A DNA stretch of 64,000 nt from Azolla caroliniana (taxonomy: Eukaryota > Plantae > Polypodiophyta), in contig JBHGNT010000010.1 of the NCBI GenBank assembly GCA_043228905.1, positions 17,546,001-17,610,000 on the forward strand. The letters run 5' to 3'. Shown piece after piece: positions 11,607 through 43,672 of this stretch. A program made the position numbers and the translations under genes. Within the stretch, counting starts at the first letter, position 1. The number at the start of each line of letters is the position of its first letter. Below the pieces are notes generated by a model, which was not told the origin of the DNA, searched no databases, and saw nothing but the letters and a program-made list of their open reading frames with translations.

Positions 11607-14600
11607 ATGGATCCACCAACAGGAAAGAGGAAGCGTGATAGAGGCTCTTCTGAACGTAACCCTAGGAGAAGAGAAAGATCTGAGAGGTTGGAAAGAGCGG
11701 AGCAGGATCAATCTTCTTTACCTACACCCGATGACACTACTTATCGCATCCTTTGCTCTAGTGTAAAGATAGGAACGGTAATAGGAAGAGGAGGAAGCAT
11801 CATCAAATCTCTGAGACGAGAAACGAATGCAAGAATCAAGGTTCTTGATCCTATCCCTGGTGCAGAAGAGAGAGTTGTTTTGATATGGAGTACTTTGCAA
11901 GATGAAGAAAGGAAGAAATACAAAGATAGAAGAGAAGAAAACGAGGACAGGAATGCTAATGATGGTGATGGTGATAATAGAAAGAAATCAAAAGGGTCTC
12001 TTTTTGAGCCTCTTTGCCCTGCCCAAGATGCATTGTTTAGAGTGCATGCTAAGATAATGGAGAATGAAAGGAATGGCGGGTTTGATAACAATGGCAATGA
12101 TGATGATGATGATGATGATGATAGATATAATAAGCCTAAGTCTAGGTCTCAGTATCATCACAGTGATGGTGATGAAGTTGTTGCCAGGCTTCTTGTTCCA
12201 AACAATCAGATTGGGTGTTTGCTCGGGAAAGGAGGAAGAGTTATAGAGAAAATGAGGAATGAAACGGGTGCCCAAATTCGAATCACGAGCAAAGAGACCC
12301 TTCCAGGGTGTGCTTTACCCACTGATGAGCTCGTTCAGGTGAGTCTTATCTTTACTTATGAGCATAATTCATAATTTAGATACGTATTGTGTCTTTATGT
12401 AATCTTACCTATCAATGAACTCTTTGAAGTGAGTTTTACATCCCTTATGACCATATTGCATAACTATGTCACTAAAGGATTTAATGGGCATATCTTATCC
12501 GTGCTCATTTAACTCATCATAATTATAATAAATTGGAGAAAATGCTCATTCTCTGTCCTTAACTATGTTATTAGGAACTGATAAAATTATTTGACCTTTC
12601 ATAAACTTGTAATAGTGATATTGTTGGAGTTAATAACCATGCTGCTTGGAGATGCAGTACCTGTTCTGGTATGAGCAGACTCATAGCTAATTGCTAGGAG
12701 TTAATGGTACATCTTAACCTTATTAGTAGCTGAAGTGATCATTTTTTTAGCCTTAATCAAATCCTTATAACAATATTACCTGGAGATAATGATCCCACTT
12801 TAGCGTTTATTACCTTTTATTGACACAATTTTATGTATATGCATAACTATACATGCTTTTATGAGTAACTTGAGGCCAGGATAGGTTTTTTGGCTGTTTG
12901 CCAGCTTTTGGCCCATCAAAATCTTAGTGGATATGATCTGGACATGGACTCGGATTTGTTAATATATAAAGGGTATTGCTATGTTATTTGGAGTTAATTA
13001 AGGTTAAGATTAGTCCCATTAGATATTGGGCAACCTTTGGGAATCTTCTAAGTGAGTTGATGTCTTTAGCTAGCTGATGGGCCTCAACTCTGGGGATTTA
13101 TATTTGAGGATGGAGAGTAAGAATCTAGCCGTAGTCAACACACAAGATTATAACGTAAAATCTCTTCCTCTTTACTTCATTGCTATTTGATGCACTGACA
13201 GAATTCGGTTCCATCTTTTATTAAAATCGCCCCCTCAAGTTTTGGTGTGTGATTTGTGCGTAGATTTCTGGTGATGCGGCAGTGGTGAAAAGAGCATTGT
13301 ATGAGATATCATCACGGATATACGAGAGTCCATTAAGAGACCGATTGCAAGGGCCAGGGGCGGGAGGGATGCCACCACCAGCCTTTCCTCCTAGGGGAGG
13401 GCCAATGTTTCCACCACTAAATCCTCTGTATAGTGGGGGCGGTAATATGGGCGGTGGTTACGGGGGTATTGATTCTTGGCCAATGGGTTCTCATGCTCTT
13501 CCACCATACCCTCCACCTGGGATTAATCCACTTGATAGGCATGATGTAGGAAGAGAAGAAGACTTCTCGGTGCGTATCCTATGCCAGAATGATCGGATTG
13601 GTATGGTGATTGGAAAAGGTGGAAATGCTATTCGGCACTTGCGAGATATAACAGGTGCACGTATCAAAGTTGAGGACCCAGTTCCTGATGCAGATGAGCG
13701 GATTATTGCGATATCTGCAACCGAGGTATGAAAAATCTGAAATGGGAAGTTGAGGAATGAAGACTAAAATACCCCTAATCTGTTTTATATTTACTGGATT
13801 ACTTTTTGGTTTTCAAAATTGCCCAAATCCCCTTGAAGTCATTTTTGGAAACTTTGGGATAACTTTTGAAGATTTGATTGTGTTAAGGATTGGATGAAAT
13901 GTAAGGCATAAGAATCAAAGCATATTCTTCAGAATTGATTTGATGCATTAATGTTCTCCTTGTTGAATGTGCATTGTGCAGAGACTTAATGATCACTCTC
14001 CTGTAATTGAGGCTGTTTTGAAATTACTCATAAAGACAAATGAAGGTGGGGATAGGGATAATGAAGAGCCGTTGACATGCCGCCTTTTGGTTCCATCAAG
14101 GCAAATTGGTTGTTTACTTGGTAAGCGGGGGAGTGTTATTACAGAGATGAGAAAGAAGACAACTGCTGGTCTCAAGGTGCTTCAAAAAGTTGATTTACCC
14201 AAATGTGCTCAAGACAGTGACGAGCTAGTTCAGGTACAGCAGTTAAAATAATTAAAAGCCAGTTGATCATGCAACATATTTGTCCTTTTGAGGTTTCAGA
14301 TACAGATTATATGGCCATGTGGTTAAAACTTTATGCAGATTGTGGGTGATGAAAATGTTGCCAGACAAGCTCTTCTAGAAGTTCTTTCAAGGCTCAGATG
14401 CAATGCATTTGGCATGGAATTGGATGATTATCTGAAATCTGGTGGTGGTTTAGGTCCACCACCACTGCCACCACCACCACCACCTTTTGTCGGGATGGGT
14501 ATGAATGAAGGATTTGGTGGACCTCCACCCACGTTTGGTAGTAGGCATGATGTTGGTTTTTCAGCTGCTCCCCCATCAAGTGTAATGAATAGGTCTGACA

Positions 14601-16430
14601 TGGGTTACCATGGAAGTAGTATGTACCCATTGAATGGATATGGCTTGCAAGGTGCACCATACGAATCCAATTTTGGTCTTCCTCCTACGTCCTCCTTGCA
14701 GGTATTCTTTTGAGATTGCTTTTTCATTCTATCTCTGAGAAAAACAAATTGTAAGCTAGATGCTCGCAGAAGGAAGTCCATGTGCAACTTTATAATTGTT
14801 GGCTGTGTATGGGCTTATCATGTTTATGACCTGTGTGCAATCCGTTTGTTGAAGATTTAAAGTTCAGGGTCTTGTGTGAATACGTTTTGTTTCAAATCCC
14901 TCTTCCAAGAAACGGAATCTTATCTAAGAACAGATATTTCCGTTCTAGATAGTTAACAAAGCTAAAAACATTTCACAAATTCTTCATGGTTAAATTGAAC
15001 AATAGCCATCATAACTATTTAAAAAAATCTGGTTATCAATCAGAGAATGATTAATAAGATGAAATAAAGAGTGAAAATGATATCCGGACTATCCTTCTAC
15101 AAATTAATAGGTCAAATACATATGACTTAGTATTGTTTACATCTGTTTAGATATTTCTTTAATAATTTTGAAATTTTTACATTGTCATTATGTTAGTATC
15201 ACAAGCTACTGTCCTCTGATAATTGTGATTTGTATTTCATTCCATCATCCAGCTTCACAGACCCTTATTCATTTGCTTCTTTTTTTGGGATTTTCTCCAT
15301 TTCAAACCTTTTGTCTATGTTTAAGGCTAAGGTTGTGAAATTGCTGTCTTGGTATCTTTTGGAAATCAACAAAATCATTTTCTACCTATTTTCAACATGG
15401 CAGCTTGTCCATTTCTTTTGAACAAATCTGTGGCTTTGATCTAAATATTGTATGTTTGGAAAATGACAAGTCGTAGTTGTAAACCATTTGCAAGTTTCTA
15501 TTCACCATTCATCGTAACTAATTTTGAAGACACTGTTTTTGAACAGGGTACTGGCGGTGGATATGGAGGATATTCTGATTTGGAAATGAATCCATACAGT
15601 TCTAGGCTACTTGGAGAGTATGCCTGCTGATCATTTTTATTTGTAATTAGAACAAATATCATGTTAAGATCTTGATTTTCAAATAATATAAAATTATATT
15701 TTCTGTTTTCCCTTGTGAAGGGGTGGAAGTTTTGCTGATGTATCAAGTAGGAATCCTTCAACTAAAATTGTTGAAATGATCATTCCTGGTGCTTCGGCTA
15801 GTTCAGTTCTTGGTAAAGCTGGTAGTAATGTGGCATCCATACGGCAGGTGTGTACATGACCATCTCCTATTATATGTATGTTGCATATTATATTCTCCTT
15901 TAATGTGGTTATATTTATTCTAATGTATGCATATATCGGCATACAAGAAGGATTTTAGAGCTGTAAAAAACGCCAGATTATTTAGGGCTAAAAGTACTTT
16001 TTGCAAAGACATTGGATGGAAAACCTTGGCTTTTTTTTTATGATTAAGGTCTTTGAAAGACTTCTTTTTGCTCAATTTTCCTCTAAAATAAAGGGTTTAT
16101 ATTTTCAAAAATCTAGAAAATGTAATTTTTTGATTGATTATCCCAGATTTGTAACCTGTAATTTTACCTAATAGTCATAGTTTGTTAAGACGTACTCAAT
16201 TGAAGCTTCAGTCAACACTTGAGTTGATACTCATTATGTTTAAACATTGTGGGTATTTGCAGATATCAGGGGCCAAGCTGACAATACTAGATCCTCATCC
16301 GATTTCAGGAGATAGAAATGTGGAGATACGTGGAACACCAGAGCAGACTCAGGCAGCCCAAAGCTTGCTTCAAGCATTCATTTACAGTGGGCAAAGCTCT
16401 GGAGGGTCTGGACTCCGTGGAATGCATTAA
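11607..16430 (+). CDS. five-KH-domain RNA-binding protein (HEN4/RCF3-like plant family)
   Basis: Exons 11607-12338, 13264-13725, 13982-14233, 14339-14701, 15547-15617, 15721-15847, 16263-16430 splice in frame. KH GxxG loops: VIGRGG, LLGKGG, VIGKGG, LLGKRG, VLGKAG. C-terminal VEIRGTPEQTQAAQSLLQAFI. N-terminal basic KRKR, NLS-like. Confidence 0.92.
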
Positions 16431-19400
16431 ATTTCTTCAAATCTAGGTAAACAAAAAGAGGAAAGAGATTAAAAAATAGTTGAATAGTTCTTTGAATTCC
16501 AGTTAATTATTTTGTGATTAACTAGTGAATCATGTTGTGAGCAACTGGTCATGTACATCTTAGATTAGCCACATTAGTAAAAAGGCAAAAGAACAAAACA
16601 AATCTTGGCACCAGGTCGAAATACATACACGATATATATATACTTTCTTTGAGAGGTTTTGATGTGATTCTGACACTGTTTTTTCCATTGTTCCTTCATT
16701 TGCATGAAAACTATGTTACAGCTGTTATAGACAAGACCCGTGTGTCGCTGCTCCTTTGAAGAATACAATATGCTGTGGGAAGGAAAGCCCATCTTTTCCA
16801 GTGTTAAGATTTGACCGATTCTTAAGTGGACTGCCCCTGCCCTATCAAATTGTTTTCTTCTTCTTAATCACCGACCAAGAACTGACCTCGGATTCTAATC
16901 TTTAGAGATATGAAAAACAGAGGAATTATTTACCCCTTCTGTTATGTATAAGTCTCGGCTATGGAGCTTGTCCCAGGCTGTAGTGTATGCCTTTTTTCGT
17001 GCACATGATACCATCCATTTCGTCGAAACTATACTCTGCTTTTTATAGGGGCTTTTGACATTTTTTGAAGTGTTTGTTTGTTCGACTTGCTTTTATGCTC
17101 AGTAAAAAAAACAAAGAAAATGGACCAAATTGAGTACCTGGTTTGTTCTTCTATTTCTTTCTGGTAGACCAATGCATAGAAATAAAGTTACAAATAATCA
17201 AATTCCTTAGTTGTAGCGTTTTCGAACCTGAATCCTGGGTGACAAGGTTTTTATTTGAACGAGAGGCTTATTTGTGTTTGACCTTGTTTTATCACCTGAG
17301 TTCGTGAACCATATGGATGACACAATTCCATAAATACCTCTCAAATAAAAAGCATGCAAATATTAGTTGACTGGACAAAATTTTTGATTGTACATTCATG
17401 AATATAGACAGTCAATTCTATGTAATGGCCCTTCAGTTGTATTGACATACTTTATATACATCTATATACTTGGAAACCTGTGGGTGTTTTATAAAGCTTT
17501 GTTTTTAGAAACTTCAGAGGAAAAAAAAGTAACTTTGAGCTTCATTGAAACCCTAGACGCCCTTTAAAACATCAAAATAGGTTTCAACATGCTAGACAAT
17601 GGGGTTCTAGTCTACATGGAATTTGTGAGAATCAAATTGATGTGTATTCATAATAAATCTGGTGGTATATATGCTTTTTGGGGATAGCGTAGAGTATTTT
17701 ATGAATAACAGGAATCATAAGGGCAACATATATACATGCAACAATGAAGCAAAATCTGTGGGTGCTGATGATGGGACAGCTGCAATTTATTCACCATTCA
17801 ATTCCTTAAACGCCTTTACCTTGGTTTCATGTACATTTTGGTGTTGGGGCACAATTATTTTTTCGTATTTTTTTTAATCCATCACGATCAGTTTTGTAAT
17901 CAGAGATTTATTGTTTGAAGATGAGATGCAAGTACTTTCAGTCATTGACTGAAAATGTTCATTAAAAGCAGTTACTGGCAGAATCAATCATAATATGGTA
18001 ATTAGATTTATGTTGTTAAAGTGTGACTTATACAATGGTAATGTGTGCGTCCACACTATCCTATTAACAGCAGGTTTGTTGGTTGGTAAACCAATTATGA
18101 AATCCATAGAGCTTGTATATACACATGATTGGAATGCCCACACAGTTCATGTTGGATTCCTTGCAGGAAACCTGATAGGATGATGTCTTGATCTCTTGAA
18201 ATTTATAGGTGCATGTGCATAGGCAAACAATATTGTTCATGTGTTATAAGAATTAAGTGTGCTGGTATTATCATAGAATATGTGACTTAAGGATGGAGAA
18301 GCAGCATCTCTATATCGTATTTTTCTATTGTTGTCTACTTGTTGCAATAGATGAACTATGGCTCCAAATATTACTACACTAAGAAAATGTCTTTATTTCT
18401 ATGATATTTTAAAGCATATTGTGTATGAATTTTTAATGATCACCATCGGAAATATAAGCTGTGCCACAGGGCATGAAGTTGGTTGAAAGAGATTAAAAGA
18501 ACTAAATATGTATTTACGAACTTGTCAGCTAATAAAAATGATTGTCGGCTAATCATTATGATCCTAAAGTAGACATCAGGGGTCTTAAAGTACATGGTCA
18601 ATATGAAGAGTAAGGTTATGTGCGCTATACATGTGTTACAAATGCAGCAAGAGGAGAAAGTATAGCAGTCAATATGAAGACTAAATTTACTTGCACCACA
18701 CAGGTGACAAATAGAGCAAATGATATGGCGTGTTGAGTCTTCTTGACCCTTCAGTCATTTGGTGGTCTCTAATCATAACTGATTTATATGAAGTTTAGGT
18801 TGTGAGATGTGGGGTGGGAGGAAAGATTATAGTTTCTTTATATTAGCACTGTACATATCTAGCTGACTCACTGTGAGAGTGGTGAGAATGTAGATATTTA
18901 AGATTGTGGGTGTTAAGGTTACCTTTCAGTGCCTACATTGAGTGGGACTATTCAGGCCCTAAAAAGATTTCATTCTAATGTTAAGATAAAGATAGTATTT
19001 ACTGAAGTCAAATACAGATTAGATGTGTGGAGAATAAAATCCCAGGATTAGATTCTTAAATTTCTTAAATTCTTATTGTCTATTTTCTTGAGAAAAAGAA
19101 TAGAAATCTGGGTTTTTATCAAATCTGCTGGCATTAGAAAATTCTTGGGCGGACCAAAAGTAAGTCCAATTTCTGTTTGATGGTGGAGATAGATTTATTG
19201 ATAACAAATAGGAGGGTAGTCCTGCCAACAACAGCAAAATTTCACCTCTTCAAACAAGATTGTTAGCCAAGCTCACAATTCCCAGGATAACAAATTGAAG
19301 CTTATTTCATACAGGGTATAAAGGTACTGGCATTTGCATGGCACAAATTTACCATTGGCTGCAAGTCCACATATCCATGTACATGCATTCTGAACCTACG

Positions 19401-19559
19401 TCCAACATAGACCTTTGTTGTTTCAAACCGGCTGGGAATGCTGTTTTGCAGGGTTTCAGATAAAAAAGCAATATACAACTAAGGTCATAAAAGCTGAACA
19501 AAGTACACATTCTGATGACAGACTTGCTAGAAAGTTGAATTCTGTTTCTGAAGATTGCT

Positions 19560-19707
19560 TCCATGTTTTCTACCTTTATCCTTTGATCAGTCTGGAATGA
19601 GCCAACTATACATTGTCTTCTCCTACTGAAGATTTCTTCCATGTTTTCAAACTATATCCCTTGATTAGTCTGGAATGAGCCAACTATACATTGTCTTCTC
19701 CTTACTG
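19560..19707. repeat. ~79-bp tandem duplication
   Basis: ccatgttttc...agtctggaatgagccaactatacattgtcttctcc starts at 19560 and 19639. Confidence 0.85.
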
Positions 19708-19726
19708 GGATTAAGTTGTGAGGCTG

Positions 19727-20700
19727 TTACAAATTGGCATACTTTTGAATCATTGTGACTGCATTACCTAATCTGCCAACATTTTTGCGAAGAATGCTAA
19801 CTATACTAGCATGGTGCTCCAGGATAGGAGCCATGCAATAAGCTTCCGTCATAGCTTCCACATTCAACTTGATTCTATTAAAAAGGCCATGTCTGCTACA
19901 TGTATTAAGCATGATAAGCAATTAATCTCCTCCAGCATTCAATGAAAGATGGGAAAGATACTTTCAGACTGTCCAGTTATAGGAATCTTGTTAGTAGCGG
20001 ACTGCTTGAGAAAATATCATGAACAGGAAGCTTGTTAAATATTTTCTGGACTGTAGCAACTGCAGCACATTGAAACATACATATCCTGCAGGTTTTTCAT
20101 CTCCCTAAAACATTCGACAGTGATTATATTTCAGTTCACCCTGCTTATTACATCCAGCATATCCTACTTAATCAGCGCATTCCACAAGATTACGTTCTGG
20201 ATTGGGATCATCACTCAGTAAACCAAACATTGGCATACGTGTGTCAATCAAGACATTCCGGACGGTATCACCACTCACTCTCAGATTGCTTCATTTTGAA
20301 GATCATCCATGCTTCCTCACCGTGTTCAATCTCATCGTATCACACAGATAATTCTTGTACCTACCAAATACTTCTCGTTATGGACGTCAGCATCTCAAAC
20401 AGGAACAGCCTAGCATCTGGGGGAGACACTTACTGGAGTCTCATCAGCTAAAAAATTAATGGTGAGCTTCATTGCCGTGCCTATCTTCTTCTGCATACCT
20501 CTCTCATCAAAGGCATTCAAGGACACAGCATTCCAAACTGGAATCCTATGAAAAGCTTCTTGTTACGCTCTCCTCTAAGAGAGACATATTTCACATACTT
20601 GGTGCGTACAGCAAACGTCTTACAGATTATATCCAGGCACGCAAAGACAGTTTTCTTGTGGAGATTTTATCGGAGCATGAGGGAGTGCCTAATATAAAAA
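19727..20700 (-). pseudogene. degenerate PLS-class pentatricopeptide repeat (PPR) pseudogene
   Basis: Minus-strand fragments in shifting frames: QEAFHRIPVWNAVSLNA, GYAEEDRHGNEA...VSPDA, NVILWNALI, VATVQKIFNKLPVHD, GQSESIFPIFH, LNTCSRHGLF...EAMTEAYCMAPILEHHASIVSILRKNVGRLGNAVTMI. These match PLS-PPR P/L/S consensus (AQEVFDKLPVRDVVSWNALIAGY; LSACSHSGL...PTLEHH.CMVDLLGRAG). Many stops and frameshifts; boundaries approximate. Confidence 0.75.
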
Positions 20701-20998
20701 ACCCTGAAATCCATGGTCATTTTTGGTAGCATTTGCATGGACATGGAACAGACGAGAACCATTGTTCCATGTGTATATGCTGCTCTGCGCTACAGAATGC
20801 CTCAGGCCATAGTATTCCAGGGACACTGACTGAGAAGGCGGCTGAGATATCTTCTGTCACATTTAGTAGTTGGTCAAGTTAAGAGGTCAGGATAGTAGAG
20901 AAGCAAACCTCATTGGAGTCTTTACAGAGGTAGGGTATATATAGCTTTCTATAATCAGGCCCCAAATATCCTCAGATCTATACATACATATTGAAAGT

Positions 20999-21092
20999 TG
21001 TGAGTAATTTACACAATCCAATAGACTGCAAATGATTTAGTCACATGTGAGTAATTTACACCATCCAATAGACTGCAAATGATTTAGTCACA
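20999..21092. repeat. 47-bp tandem duplication
   Basis: tgtgagtaatttacac(a/c)atccaatagactgcaaatgatttagtcaca twice, one mismatch. Confidence 0.9.
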
Positions 21093-22173
21093 AAGTACTC
21101 ACTAGTAACGAATCATTGAAAAAATCCTCTTCTTCCCATTATATGTAATATTGATCAAGCAAGCCCCCATCTAAATCTTCCCGTCCCTAGTATCGTGCGA
21201 ATCACTATCAAACAAACAGCCTGTTCATCCACCACACCACAAAACATGACCTTATTGGCCACCATCATGACAATGTAAACTATAATGCAAAACTTATTTT
21301 TTATTGATCTGATTCATAGAACTAAATGGGTAGCTCAATTTCGATATGACCAAGCTAGCACGAAATTCACGAGTGTTACTTGCAAATTGACAATGAACCA
21401 ACCAGACATATTTAACACAAAATAGGATCTATGTTGCCCCTTGCAAACCCAAGAATAAGATGTGTTTCACATATCTTGAGTACATAATTTCAAACTCTTT
21501 AGTAAATAAACGATACATAATAAAAAATATTACATATATTTATTAAAATGAAAATCTTGAGGCCTTATTGACATCATGAGAGTTCCACAGAAAATGGGAC
21601 ATTACATCAGCGCTCAAGCTTACTTGCAATAGTAGTTTCATCATGTAATAAACTCGGATCTTGCAATGCATGACTGAAAAAATGACCTCCATGAAAGGAG
21701 TACGAGTTCATTGCAAAAAAACATGTTAAATTCAAGTTTTTAGTACCAATAAGCAAAAAATCATGGCTCAAAAAGAATGAGAACCCAAAAGCAACAATAT
21801 TGACACACTAGTTGCTGCCCACTCTAATAATTACTCAGACACAAAGCTCGGAAAATCCACCAACATATGGACTTTAGTAACATGCCATACGTAAAACCAT
21901 CTATATATGTATACATATCAAAACTTGGATCAGCTATCTTGGCTTCTTTCTTTTACATGAATCTCCTACACCCGAAAGAATTTCAAGTCTCTTGGAATGC
22001 ATGCTATTTGGCCATCTCTCTAGTTACAGATCTTTCATGCATTGTGCTCCGTATGCATTAAAGATAAGGGAATGCTATTAAAAAATAGCAAATGAATGAT
22101 CTTTACTCTGGAAAGTAAGTTGTAAATAATTTATTGTTCCATCCAGTAACTAATTTTATAGTTAGTACTTTAA

Positions 22174-40164
<17,991 letters not shown>

Positions 40165-41599
40165 CAGAGAAGTCTCTGAGATGAAGAAGTGAAGCTAGGG
40201 ATAGGGATAGTTTTATTGTTAGGATTAGGGTTTCGATTGCGAAAGGATCATTAACAGCTATGCCTTTCTTATTCAGGATGGAATAGGATTAGGGCTACTT
40301 CTCTGAGGTCCAGTGATTCCTGTGATTACGGCGGTGGTGGTGTTTCTTTCAATCATTTCTGGGGATTGGTTCAGTGGGAGGAGGGGCTGAAGAGCGAGAG
40401 CGATGGAGATGGCGATGGCGATGGCGAAGACCAGAAGCAGAAGCAGAAGCCGTTTTCGCTGTCTTGCAAAACGTGATAACGAAAACAGGAAAACCAAAAG
40501 ATTAATGAACTAAATTAATTAAGTACATGATTAGTTAATTAAGTAAGTAATCTGGCTAATTAAAGGAGTGCAAATTAAACAGCCTCTCCTTTTTATGCAT
40601 TTTTTCCCCCTGAATCTTTCATTAATTGGTCAACTAATCCATTATTAGTTGTTGATTATTTTCTCATTCCTCGGGGTAGGATTCGGTCTCCTCCATTGCG
40701 TGGGGCCTTCTGACCCAAATCCTCTATAATCTCCGTCATAATGGATTGCACGTAGTGTTATGTGACATGTCACGGTGGGACACTGGGACCCATACCACAC
40801 CACCCACAACCCAGCTTGCGTGCTTGCTTATATGAGTTATGGCTTTCTCGTACGAGCCTTTGCATTGTATTAATTACCCCATCTCTATAATGTGGCAAAT
40901 GGCATCATTGGAAAGTTGGACTTCAGACATCATCTCGAGATGTTGAATCGAACATGCCATGCATGGTTATTGAGAGCTCCTGGTAATTCAACCGCAAGAA
41001 TCATTGATGCAACAACAACAACAACAAAAAGGTGCGTCAGCCAAAGAAGCAACAAACTCTTCGTGATGTGGTCCCCCTCAAAGAAGAAATGAAAATGTTT
41101 TTATGCATAATTGCACCCCCATAGAGGAGAATACCAATCGATTGCTTACACTAGAAAGCCGGCAATTTTTGGGAATAATCGACATTCCCGCACTTTTATC
41201 ATTAGGCATTGTTGATGTGGCTCAAGACTCAATCCATGTTTCAACTAGAAATTTGGTTAAGCCGCTAATGAGATATACATTATCGTAGAGGTTGATGTTT
41301 CAGATGCATGGCTCTTGCTAAAATTGGAAATTGTTGATTCTCGGCTAGTCTACTATGTTGATCATGGCCACTTGTTGCCCCACTTCCCTTGTTGGGAGCA
41401 AGAGTGGAACATAGGTTCAGGTTTTCCACAATATCGGTAGAGAATTCTTATCCAAATAATGTTGTCAATGGGTATACATGAGCCAATATATGGGGTGAGT
41501 TCTCAAACATAACTAGCCCTACACCTTCATAGGGTACTGTAGACATATGCCACATTTCCCCACCAATTCACTAATGGTGATGAGCCAACATTTTTGTTG

Positions 41600-43490
41600 C
41601 CCGACAAAGGTTTCGATGTCGTGGTGATGCGTGTGCGTATGGTACTCAAGTGGGTTCATGGGGAACCTCAGAGAAGCAACTCCCCTCATGGGTTTCCCTT
41701 GTGTGATTGCCTTTTTCAATAATTAGCCCTTCTGCAAAAATAGGCTCAGGGAACTTTAAGTCAAAAAGAGCTAGATAAAGTCCACAAAAGTTGAGACTAG
41801 AATTGAGGAAATCCTTCTCCCTTCGTTGGCATTGTGATTCAACCTCACTCCCCACACCACCGTAGCTCTCAAATGGTTGGTACTAGATTATGGCTAAGTG
41901 CACTTATCTATTACAATAAGACCTAAAACTCTAGTTTTACTAGAAAAATCCCTTTACAAAATAGGGTTACATCATGAGTACAATATAATCACGATAATGA
42001 TTGTGAGGAGTTTTTGCAATGGTGGATGCAAGAAATAACCACAAAGAAATGGTTACAAGGAAATGAGAGGTAAACTAGAAAGTGCGATTCTTAGTTTTGG
42101 TGGCCTGAGCTCACAAACAACAATCATCCCACCTTTTGTTGCCATAGCTTCCATGCCCTCTCTCCTCCCATTCTTCAATATTTCCCTTTTTCCATCCTTC
42201 GTCTAATTCTCAAGCAAGAAGAAATTCAAGAAAATATCCCTAGTCAATAAGAAGAAAGAGGTGGCCCACTATTTACTCTTGCACTGCACACAAGAAACGC
42301 TAAACTCAAGAAAGAAGAAAAGAAGAAGGAGCCGCAACAAGCTTTCACAAAACGCACTAAAATCCCAATACCTTGCCGAACCAAAATGAGCCCTCCTTTT
42401 CCTTTTTTAAACTGAGAGAGGCACCTATCAACCAATCACATTTAAACCTCATCTATGCCTTTTTCATCAAAAAAAATTAACGAATTAATACCTTATCCAC
42501 ATGCTTGAATATTGCCCCCTTTTTTCCCACAATATATAACCTTCAACATTTGGCTATAAACCTTTACTTATTAAATAGTGTTTTCATATGTACATATTCA
42601 CATTTTTGTGGTTGTCCGCTTTCCCCCTTATTCTCTATTTTCTACTTTTGGACACGCCACATCACGACATTCGCCCACACCTTTCTTGGCACATATTGGG
42701 GGATGTGGGGTTTGGTGTGGGTGGATGTTGTGATGTGGTGGCCCGACGGGCCTAAATGTAGAAAATAGAAAATAAGGGGAAAGTGGAGAACTACTAAAAT
42801 TTACATATGGAGATATGAAATATTAATATAAGTATTCAAATGGGGGACAAATGGTTAAGGCTATAGATTACAATAAAAATGATATAGAATTTAATTTATA
42901 TATTAACATTAATATAAGTACTTATTCAAATGGTTAAGGCTATATATATTGTGGGAAAATATTATAGAGTTCGAGTCTTGGTTGGCACACAATCGGGTTA
43001 TTAATATTTTCAACGAAAAACCATCGTAGATATTGTTCTCTTAATCATGTGATTATTTTGTAATTGATATGTAAATCCTATTTCGTAAACGGAATTTCTC
43101 TTGTGAAAACTAAAGTTTGGGTTTTAATCTAGGTCTTGTTGAATTAGTGTATGTAGTCCTAATCTCATGTTAATTGGTTGAGTGTAATCGAGGTGAGACT
43201 GAGGGTTGTCGAATCAACACCAAAGAAAGGTGAAAATATAACTCAACTCTGGGTTTTCCTCGACTTGCGTCTAAGCTTTCCTTGATTTGAGTCTAAGCTT
43301 TCCTCAAGTTTAGACTTTCCTCGACTCGAATCAAATCCTTGATCTTGGCAACACTACTTCACAAGAGGAGAAATTACACAAGAAAACCATTGAAGGGGAT
43401 TAAAAGTCTTCTCCCACAACATCATGCTCTCCCTAGTTCATGTCCCCCATGGTCATGCTCGAGTAGCGCATGCATGCACATTTACTCTAC
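41600..43490. repeat. large degenerate inverted repeat (two head-to-head copies of an LTR-like repeat, or a foldback element)
   Basis: Axis in loop 42682-42713. Arm pairs: 42600-42681 with 42714-42800; 41920-42000 with 43040-43135; 41680-41730 with 43345-43400; 41620-41670 with 43430-43480. Confidence 0.6.
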
Positions 43491-43672
43491 AACGCCAATA
43501 AAGGTAATGTTGATCAAATTATTAAAAAACTTAGTACCAAAAGGTATATTAAATAGAGAGAGAAAGAGAGTCGAGTGGTGATTAAACATGTCCTACTGCC
43601 CATGTAGTGGTGACACCGCTCAAACAATACCATTGTAGAATTTTTACACTCAATATTATTCAAATTTGATAT

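Noticed and set aside
11718-12275. Antisense and alternative-frame ORFs over KH exon 1 (likewise over RPL19, the copia gag and the 54-55 kb gene)
   Set aside because: Shadow ORFs of real coding sequence and trinucleotide repeats.
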